Source: an uncultured Acidobacteriota bacterium (GTDB lineage: Bacteria > Acidobacteriota > Thermoanaerobaculia > UBA5066). From it: 64,000 nt of DNA. A program made the translations under genes and the position numbers. The stretch spans positions 43,347 through 107,346 of the forward strand of contig CAWIUK010000015.1 in NCBI GenBank assembly GCA_963839295.1, in the 5' to 3' direction. Below the pieces are notes generated by a model. It was not told where the DNA came from and searched no databases. It saw nothing but the letters and a program-made list of their open reading frames with translations. This document shows, one piece after another, positions 57,909 through 64,000 of this stretch. The first letter of the stretch is position 1, and every line of letters begins with the position of its first letter.

Positions 57909-58912
57909 ATTAGCAAACGCGCGGGGTCGCCGAGTCCGGCGGCCGCGAGCAGGCCGGCCATGTCAGACGGGACCGGCGCCGTGAACGTCATCGGCTCGCC
58001 CGAGAGAGGGTGCCGGATCCCGAGCCGCCACGCGTGCAGGGCCTGACGCGGGAACGACTTGCACGCCTCCTGCAGCGCCTCGTCCTTCAGGCCCTTCCAG
58101 CGCGGCGAGCCGTAGACCGGGTCGCCGACGATGGGCAGGTTCAGGGCCTTGAGGTGCACGCGGATCTGGTGCGTGCGGCCCGTGACAAGCTTGCATTTCA
58201 AAAGGCTTAGGCCCGCAAGATCGCCGGAAGACTCGGAAAGAATTTCATAGAAGGTGGTCGAGGGCCGCCCCTCGGTCTTCGAGACGGCCATGCGCTTGCG
58301 GTCCTTGGGGTCGCGCAGGATGCCGATTTCTATCTTTCCCTTGCGGACAGGCGGGTGCCCGTAGACGACCGCCAGATATTCCTTCTCTAAGAATCTCTCT
58401 TTCATCGCCCGCCCAAGCACCGACATCGCACGCTCGGTCTTCGCGATGATGAGCACCCCGGACGTGTCCTTGTCGAGCCGGTGGACGAGGCCAGGGCGGT
58501 CCGCGGGGCCGGCCCAGTCCTTCGAGCGGTGGAGGAGCGCGTTCACGAGCGTCCCGTCCCAATGGCCGACGGCGGGGTGGACGACGAGCCCCGGCGGCTT
58601 GTCGAGGACGAGAATTTCGGAGTCTTCGAAGATGATCGAGAGGGGGATGTCCTGGGCGGCGAGGGAAGCTCGAGGCGGGGGAGGAGGCGGGAGGACGATT
58701 TCGATGACGTCTCCTTTCTTCACCTTCTCAGAGACTTTCTTCGGTCTCCTTCCCCCGATCGAAACCCATCCCCCTTCGATCCACTCCTGGATCTTCGTGC
58801 GGGAGGCCTCCGGCAGGTCCGTCAGGTGCCGCAGGAGGACATGGTCGAGACGCTCGCCGACGTCGCCCCGGTCGGCGCGGATCGCGCGGGCCGGCCGCGG
58901 CGCGTCGCTCAC
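57905..58912 (-). CDS. rluD: 23S rRNA pseudouridine synthase RluD (RluA family, with S4 domain)
   Basis: GTG start at 58910-58912. S4 domain (KVKKGDVIEIV), HRLDKDTSGVL, GRTHQIRVH. It is the C-terminal 335 aa of the artefactually extended ORF 57905..59488. Confidence 0.8.
   Translation of the reverse strand: MSDAPRPARAIRADRGDVGERLDHVLLRHLTDLPEASRTKIQEWIEGGWVSIGGRRPKKVSEKVKKGDVIEIVLPPPPPPRASLAAQDIPLSIIFEDSEILVLDKPPGLVVHPAVGHWDGTLVNALLHRSKDWAGPADRPGLVHRLDKDTSGVLIIAKTERAMSVLGRAMKERFLEKEYLAVVYGHPPVRKGKIEIGILRDPKDRKRMAVSKTEGRPSTTFYEILSESSGDLAGLSLLKCKLVTGRTHQIRVHLKALNLPIVGDPVYGSPRWKGLKDEALQEACKSFPRQALHAWRLGIRHPLSGEPMTFTAPVPSDMAGLLAAAGLGDPARLLM
58226..58405. repeat. arm-like pair inside rluD (weaker, and superimposed on conserved residues)
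   Basis: GGAAGACTCGGAAAGAATTTCATAGAAGGTGGTCGAG at 58226-58262 and ATTCCTTCTCTAAGAATCTCTCTTTCAT at 58378-58405. They encode the conserved TTFYEILSESS and KERFLEKEYL using TAT, GAA, ATT, CTT, TTA and AGA codons. Confidence 0.45.
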
Positions 58913-59691
58913 GCCGGTTTCGGGGCGGGCGGGATCCGGCGGCGCAGCGCGTAGATCGCGAGACCCGCGAGGACGCCGCAGAGCGCGATGAACTGCGACG
59001 TCGACATGATCCCGAGGACCTCTCCGCGCGGGTCGCCCCGGAAGAACTCGATCGTCCCGCGCAGGAGCGCGTACCCGAAGACGTACCGGGCGAACGTCTC
59101 GCCCGAGAACGCCCGCCTCTCGAAGCGGACGAGGAGGACGCAGAGGAGGAGCGTTCCGAGGATCTCGTAGACCTGCGTGGGATGGAGAGGCACGCCGAGA
59201 GGCACGCCGACGTTCTCGTGGGCGACGGGGCTCGTGAACGTGACGGCCCACGGCAGGGAGCACTCCCGGCCCCAGCAGCAGCCGGCCAGGAAGCAGCCCA
59301 CGCGGCCGAACGCCTGCCCGAGGGCGACGGACGGCGCCGCGGCGTCCGCGAACGTCCAGAACGGGATCCCGCGGCGCCTGAGGAGGATCGCGGTCGCGAG
59401 AACGGCGCCGATGAGGCCACCGTAGAAGACGCCGCCGGCCCGCGCGAGGGAGGCGAAGTCCCGCCACGAGCGGACGTACGTGGGCCACTCGACGATCACG
59501 AGGAGGAGCTTCGAGCCGAGGAGCCCCGAGAGGAGCAGCCAGACGCCGACGTCCGACGCGGCCTCCGCCTCGATGCCGAACGCGGGCGCGCGGCGCCGCA
59601 GGAGCCAGAGGCCGGCAAGGAACGCCAACGCCATCATGAAGCCGTAGCTCGGGAGCGCGAACGAGCCGATCCGGAAGAGCTCTGGGTGCAT
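58909..59691 (-). CDS. lgt: prolipoprotein diacylglyceryl transferase
   Basis: Lgt signature GRVGCFLAGCCWG and the conserved HPTQVYE. Confidence 0.85.
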   Translation of the reverse strand: MHPELFRIGSFALPSYGFMMALAFLAGLWLLRRRAPAFGIEAEAASDVGVWLLLSGLLGSKLLLVIVEWPTYVRSWRDFASLARAGGVFYGGLIGAVLATAILLRRRGIPFWTFADAAAPSVALGQAFGRVGCFLAGCCWGRECSLPWAVTFTSPVAHENVGVPLGVPLHPTQVYEILGTLLLCVLLVRFERRAFSGETFARYVFGYALLRGTIEFFRGDPRGEVLGIMSTSQFIALCGVLAGLAIYALRRRIPPAPKPA

Positions 59692-59695
59692 CGGG

Positions 59696-60196
59696 TCAGC
59701 TCCTCGCCGGCTTTCGGGCCGGCTCGGGCTCCGGTCGGCGCCAGATGTCCCACGCGAGGAGGACGACGCCCACGGAGATCGCGCTGTCGGCGACGTTGAA
59801 GGACGGCCACTCCCAGCGGTCGACGTAGAAGCGCAGGAAGTCCGTGACCGCCGAGAAGCGCACGCGGTCGATGAGGTTCCCGACCGCGCCGCCCATGATG
59901 AGGCCGAGCGCGGTCTGAAGGAGCCGGTGGTCCGGCGCCGTCTTCAGCGACCAGACGAGGACGGCCGCGAACACGGCGACGGCGAGGAGCGTGACGAGGA
60001 GCGGCCGGGCCGAGCCCGCCGCCGCGAAGGCTCCGAAAGCGGCGCCGGTGTTCCGGAGGTGCGTGAGGTCGAAGAAGCCCCGGATCACGGGAATCGTCCG
60101 GTAGAGCGGGATCTTCGCGATGACGACCGCCTTCGTGGCCTGGTCGAGAACGACGACGCCCAGCGCGAGGGCGAGATAGGGGAGGCGCCGCGTCAC
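59696..60196 (-). CDS. lspA: lipoprotein signal peptidase II
   Basis: NTGAAFG and FNVADSAISVGVVLL blocks. 166 aa. Confidence 0.85.
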   Translation of the reverse strand: MTRRLPYLALALGVVVLDQATKAVVIAKIPLYRTIPVIRGFFDLTHLRNTGAAFGAFAAAGSARPLLVTLLAVAVFAAVLVWSLKTAPDHRLLQTALGLIMGGAVGNLIDRVRFSAVTDFLRFYVDRWEWPSFNVADSAISVGVVLLAWDIWRRPEPEPARKPARS

Positions 60197-60205
60197 CGTG
60201 GGATT

Positions 60206-63172
60206 CTAACCGCCGACGACCGCACGGCAGCGGGCGCAGAGCCCGTCTTCGCCCGGCTCGACGTCCTTGCGCACCTGCCAGCACCGAGGGCACTTGGCGC
60301 CCACGGCGGGGCGGGCGAGGACGCCTTCGACGCCCGAATCCCGCACGACGGACGCCACTGCCAGGACCTCGGCGAGTTTTTCTTCTGAAAGGGAAAGAAG
60401 GGCGAGCGCTTCGTCGAGCCCGGCGCCGCGCCCGACGACGGCCTCGGCCTGCGCCGCGGACCCGACCTTGTTCTCGCGACGCAGCGGCTCGAGGGATTGC
60501 AGGAACTCCGCCCGGAGCGCGAGGACTCGTCCCCACGCCTCTCTTTCATTCGCGGAAATCTCCCGAGTCTTGAGGTCGCTCCAGCTCTTCAGGAAGAGCG
60601 CGGCCGGATCCGCCGCGTTCCCCGGCAGCGACTCGAAGATCTCCTCTGCCGTGAACGGGCAGATCGGAGAGAGGGCGACCGCGATCGTCTCCACGAGCTT
60701 CCAGGCGGCCGTCTGGGCCGAGCGGCGGACGGGGTCGCCCGGCGCGAGGACGTAGAAGGCGTCCTTGCGGACGTCGCACCAGAACGCGGAGAGGTCGGTC
60801 GTGACGAGGTCGAGGAGGCGGCGCGCCACCGCGTGGAACTCGTAGCGTCCGTAGGCGTCGCGCGCCTCGGCCGCGAAACGCGCCGCGGCGTCGAGGACCC
60901 AGCGCTCGAGCGGCTCGAGCTTCGCGTCCGGCACCGCGTCCTTCGCGGGCTCGAAGTCGAAGAGGTTCGAGAGGAGGAAGCGGGCCGTGTTCCGGATCTT
61001 GCGGTACGCCTCGGCCGTCCGCTGGAGGATCTCCTTCGAGAGCGGGTCGTCGTTCGTGTAGTCGAGCGACGCAACCCAGAGGCGGATGACGTCGGCACCC
61101 TCCGTCTTCAGGAGGTCCTGCGGCTCGATCGTGTTCCCGAGCGACTTCGACATCTTCCGGCCGTCGCCCGCGACGACGAACCCGTGAGTCAGCACGACGT
61201 CGTACGGGGCGCGGTCCGTGAGCGCGACCGAGGTCAGGAGCGACGACTGGAACCAGCCGCGGTGCTGGTCGTGGCCCTCGAGGTACATCACGGGCACCGG
61301 CGGCTGCGCCGTGTACGGGTCCGCGAGGCCGTAGTCGCCCGAGCGCAGGACCGCCGCATGCGACACGCCGGAGTCGAACCAGACGTCGAGGATGTCCTTC
61401 AGCTTCTCGAAGTTCGTCCCGCCGCAGAGGGAACACGAGGCCGAAGAGGAAGACGAAGAGGGAGAAGAAGATCTTCCTAGAAAGTAAGAGGGAGGGAAAG
61501 CGTCGTCGTACCAGGCGTTCGCTCCGTGCTCGCGGAACGCCTCTCTTACCCTTTCAAAGAAATCCTCTCTTTCTTTCTTTTCGTTCTCTCCGACGTTGCC
61601 CTCGACTCTTGGGAAATGGCTGACGATCCCCCTCTCTTTGCAGTCCACGCAGCGAAGAAACGTGATCGGCGAGCCCCAGCGGCGCTGCCGGGAGATGGTC
61701 CATTCGAGGCGGTTGTCCACCATCGCGCCGATGCGGTTCTCGCTGTACGACGGGATCCACTCCACGCGGCCGCGGATCTCGGCCATCGCGCGGTCGCGGA
61801 GGGCCCCGAGGTCGATGAACCACTGGTGCGTCGCCCGGAAGATGACCGGGTTCTTGCAGCGCCAGCAGTGGGGGTAGGAGTGGGGCGAAGATTTCTGCGA
61901 GAGGAGGACGGAGGTTCCGGCGCGTCCGTCCCGCAGGGCCTCGAGGACCGCGAGGTTCGCGTCCTCGGCTTCGCTTCGCGGCGAAACGACCCTTTTTCCT
62001 CGAAGGAATTCCGGGGCATTCACGTCGTAGGAGCCGCCCTCGTCCACCGGGCAGAGCGCCGGATCGTCGACCTTGAACCCCGCGCGCCGGACGACCTCGT
62101 AGTCGTCGCGGCCATGCCCGGGCGCGGTGTGGACGAGGCCGGTGCCGTCCGTCGTCGAGACGTGGTCGCCGAGGAGGAAGCCGAAATTGTCGTAGGGATC
62201 GGACGCGAAGGGGCGGGCGTAGCGCAAGGCCGGCAAGGCCCCGGCGATCGCCTCGCCGCTTTTCTTGGAATGGGGAAGAGGGTGTGCGTCGCGCCAGCCG
62301 AGCGCGGCCGTCACCTGCGGGACGAGCGATTCGGCGACGAGGTAGGCGGCGCCCGGCTCTGATTCCCTTCTCAGAAGAACGTATTCGATCTTCGGGCCCA
62401 GCGCGATGGCACGGTTCGCAGGCAGGGTCCACGGGGTTGTCGTCCAGATGACGGCGTAGAGTTGCCGCACGTCGCTCGACTGAGTGAGAGCGCCCCACAC
62501 ACCCTTCAAAGAATCTTCTCTTAGGGGCATCGCCACGTAGATCGACCAGTCCGTCTTGTCCTCGTACTCGATCTCCGCTTCGGCGAGCGCCGTGCGGTCG
62601 TGGACGCACCAGAGGACGGCCTTGAAGCCGAAGGAGACGAGGCCCTTCTCGACGAACCGCCCGAACGCCCGCGCGATCTCGGACTGGTACGAGAAATCCA
62701 TCGTCCGGTACGGCGCCTTCCAGGCGCCGAGGACGCCGAGGCGCATGAAGTCGGTGCGCTGGACGTCGATCCACTTCTCGGCCGAGGCACGGCAGGCGTC
62801 GCGGATCGCGACGTCCGACATCCCGCGCTTCTTCGGGCCGAGCTCCTTGTCGACCTTGAGCTCGATCGGAAGGCCGTGGCAGTCCCAGCCGGGCACGTAC
62901 GGCGCGTCGAAGCCGGCGAGCGTCCTGGAACGGACGACGAGATCCTTCAGGATCTTGTTCATCGCCGTCCCCATGTGGATACGCCCGTTCGCGTACGGCG
63001 GACCGTCGTGGAGGAGGAATCCGGGGGCGCCCTGCCGTGCGGCGCGGATGCGGCCGTAGAGATCGCCCTCCTGCCAACGCGCGAGGCGCGCGGGCTCCCG
63101 TCTCGGGAGGTCCGCCTTCATGGGGAACCCCGTCTTCGGGAGGAGGAGCGTGGATTTCCAGTCGCGGCCCAT
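60206..63172 (-). CDS. ileS: isoleucine--tRNA ligase (type 1, C-terminal Zn finger) carrying in-frame repeat arms
   Basis: [12 protein letters not shown] (HIGH region), KMSKS, C-terminal CPRCW...CARC. 988 aa. Confidence 0.9.
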   Translation of the reverse strand: MGRDWKSTLLLPKTGFPMKADLPRREPARLARWQEGDLYGRIRAARQGAPGFLLHDGPPYANGRIHMGTAMNKILKDLVVRSRTLAGFDAPYVPGWDCHGLPIELKVDKELGPKKRGMSDVAIRDACRASAEKWIDVQRTDFMRLGVLGAWKAPYRTMDFSYQSEIARAFGRFVEKGLVSFGFKAVLWCVHDRTALAEAEIEYEDKTDWSIYVAMPLREDSLKGVWGALTQSSDVRQLYAVIWTTTPWTLPANRAIALGPKIEYVLLRRESEPGAAYLVAESLVPQVTAALGWRDAHPLPHSKKSGEAIAGALPALRYARPFASDPYDNFGFLLGDHVSTTDGTGLVHTAPGHGRDDYEVVRRAGFKVDDPALCPVDEGGSYDVNAPEFLRGKRVVSPRSEAEDANLAVLEALRDGRAGTSVLLSQKSSPHSYPHCWRCKNPVIFRATHQWFIDLGALRDRAMAEIRGRVEWIPSYSENRIGAMVDNRLEWTISRQRRWGSPITFLRCVDCKERGIVSHFPRVEGNVGENEKKEREDFFERVREAFREHGANAWYDDAFPPSYFLGRSSSPSSSSSSASCSLCGGTNFEKLKDILDVWFDSGVSHAAVLRSGDYGLADPYTAQPPVPVMYLEGHDQHRGWFQSSLLTSVALTDRAPYDVVLTHGFVVAGDGRKMSKSLGNTIEPQDLLKTEGADVIRLWVASLDYTNDDPLSKEILQRTAEAYRKIRNTARFLLSNLFDFEPAKDAVPDAKLEPLERWVLDAAARFAAEARDAYGRYEFHAVARRLLDLVTTDLSAFWCDVRKDAFYVLAPGDPVRRSAQTAAWKLVETIAVALSPICPFTAEEIFESLPGNAADPAALFLKSWSDLKTREISANEREAWGRVLALRAEFLQSLEPLRRENKVGSAAQAEAVVGRGAGLDEALALLSLSEEKLAEVLAVASVVRDSGVEGVLARPAVGAKCPRCWQVRKDVEPGEDGLCARCRAVVGG
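61443..61600. repeat. inverted-arm repeat unit 7, inside ileS and in-frame
   Basis: Forward arm GAAGAGGAAGACGAAGAGGGAGAAGAAGATCTTCCTAGAAAGTAAGAGGGAGGGAAAG at 61443-61500. Reverse arm CTCTCTTACCCTTTCAAAGAAATCCTCTCTTTCTTTCTTTTCGTTCTCTCC at 61543-61600. The arms encode [17 protein letters not shown] and [15 protein letters not shown]. Confidence 0.8.
62258..62525. repeat. inverted-arm repeat unit 8 inside ileS (about 240-bp spacing), with a further arm-like segment at about 62361-62385
   Basis: CTTTTCTTGGAATGGGGAAGAGGGTG at 62258-62283 and CACCCTTCAAAGAATCTTCTCTTAGGGG at 62499-62526. Confidence 0.5.
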
Positions 63173-63251
63173 GTGAGCCGCGGAGGTTACATGATTCAGA
63201 TGGATCAGTCGGCCCTCGGGCGGCCCGTTCGTCCTTTACACTCCGCCGCGC

Positions 63252-64000
63252 ATGACGCCTCTCCGGACTGGCATCGTCGGGTGCGGGTATCTCGGGCGCC
63301 ACCACGCGCGCATCCTGTCGACGCTCGGGGGCTCGAGCCCCGCCGGGTTCGTCGAGACCGACGACGCCGCGGCGGCCGCCATCGAGGCCGCGCACGGGGC
63401 CGCCGGAATGGTGCGCCACCGGTCGATCCGCGACCTCCTCGACGCGGGCGCGACGGCCGTCGTCGTCGCGTCGCCGACCGTCACGCACGCCGAGGTCGCC
63501 GAAGAGCTCCTGCTCGGCGGCGCCGACGTCATGGTCGAGAAGCCGATCACGGCCACGCTCGCGGAGGCCGACCGCCTCGTGTCGGTCGCCCGGGAGAAGG
63601 GCCGCGTCCTGCAGGTCGGGCACATCGAGCGCTTCAACCCGGCCGTCGCCGCGGTGCGGCCGCTCGTGACCGACGTGAAGTTCATCGAGGCGCATCGGCT
63701 CGGCGTGTTCGTCACGCGCGCCCTCGACGTCGACGTCGTCCTCGACCTCCTGGTCCACGACCTCGACATCGCGCTCGACCTCGTGGGACGGCCCGTCACC
63801 GAGATCCGCGCCGTCGGCGTGCCGATCCTTTCGAACAAGATCGACATCGCTTCCGTGCGCCTGTCGTTCGAGGGCGGTTGCGTCGCGAACCTGACGGCCT
63901 CGCGCGTCTCCCAGGAAAAGACGCGGAAGTTCCGGTTCTTCCAGCCGGACTGGTACTTCTCGATCGACACCCAGAACCGCGACGTCACGGCGTTCCGCCT
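63252..64000 (+). CDS. Gfo/Idh/MocA-family NAD(P)-dependent oxidoreductase (3' partial, runs off the window end)
   Basis: MTPLRTGIVGCGYLGRHHARIL Rossmann N-terminus ... EKPITATLAEADRLV. No stop before position 64000. Confidence 0.65.
   Translation, partial: MTPLRTGIVGCGYLGRHHARILSTLGGSSPAGFVETDDAAAAAIEAAHGAAGMVRHRSIRDLLDAGATAVVVASPTVTHAEVAEELLLGGADVMVEKPITATLAEADRLVSVAREKGRVLQVGHIERFNPAVAAVRPLVTDVKFIEAHRLGVFVTRALDVDVVLDLLVHDLDIALDLVGRPVTEIRAVGVPILSNKIDIASVRLSFEGGCVANLTASRVSQEKTRKFRFFQPDWYFSIDTQNRDVTAFR

Noticed and set aside
58716-58750. Arm-like segment CTTTCTTCACCTTCTCAGAGACTTTCTTCGG in the rluD S4 domain as another repeat copy.
   Set aside because: It encodes the conserved Lys-rich S4 motif (PKKVSEKVKKGD) with ordinary AAG and GAG codons. 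Resemblance to the arm consensus may simply reflect Lys/Glu coding, so it is kept only as a weak candidate.

Overview
The window is a high-GC (about 68-70%) bacterial chromosomal segment, densely coding on both strands, with about 64 genes. It is probably an Acidobacteria-like or similar soil bacterium; I could not confirm the taxon from sequence alone. Recognisable core genes are ileS-lspA-lgt-rluD, acs, proC, nhaA, ubiE, aspC-like aminotransferases, an aldehyde dehydrogenase, a LigD phosphoesterase+polymerase gene, two complete Liv-type branched-chain amino-acid ABC transporter operons, and a four-subunit group-3b-like bidirectional [NiFe] hydrogenase operon with its maturation protease. Two accessory islands stand out. 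The first is a lower-GC block at about 19.1-22.5 kb. It contains at least four roughly 85-125 bp direct repeats with canonical integron attC core and inverse-core sites (GCCTAAC ... GTTAGGC). Each repeat closes a small gene cassette, one of which is a ParE/RelE toxin-antitoxin pair. No intI lies within about 3 kb of the array and no integrase-like gene is recognisable anywhere in the window, so this looks like a CALIN-type or sedentary integron array. The second Liv operon (32.7-37.3 kb) also has lower GC. The most unusual feature is a pervasive family of short AT-richer arms with consensus GAAGA(C/G)GAAGAG-N(3-10)-GGATTTCTTNGAAGGTGAAGAGGG. These arms occur as convergent inverted pairs, forward arm then reverse arm, 90-250 bp apart. 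There are at least 12 paired units plus several solo arms in 64 kb. Intergenic copies sit exactly at gene boundaries. Many copies lie inside unrelated housekeeping genes (trmH-like, AMMECR1, acyl-CoA synthetase, MBL hydrolase, ligD, rluD, ileS). Inside genes they are always in-frame, never introduce stop codons, and are written in codons that are rare for this genome. The sequence between the two arms is unrelated from unit to unit and looks like native coding sequence. I cannot match this to a described element class with confidence. Candidates are an RPE-like in-frame palindromic element, an uptake-signal-like motif spread by molecular drive, or paired protein-binding sites. Other notes: an S9 peptidase with an apparent +1 frameshift, a truncated and frameshifted malonyl-CoA decarboxylase pseudogene, a cNMP-binding gene inserted inside the hydrogenase operon, a ligase-less LigD with no adjacent Ku, and an 18-20 bp motif shared by two upstream regions. 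No tRNA, rRNA or CRISPR array was found. All coordinates were read by hand from the printed sequence, and element boundaries may be off by 1-3 bp.
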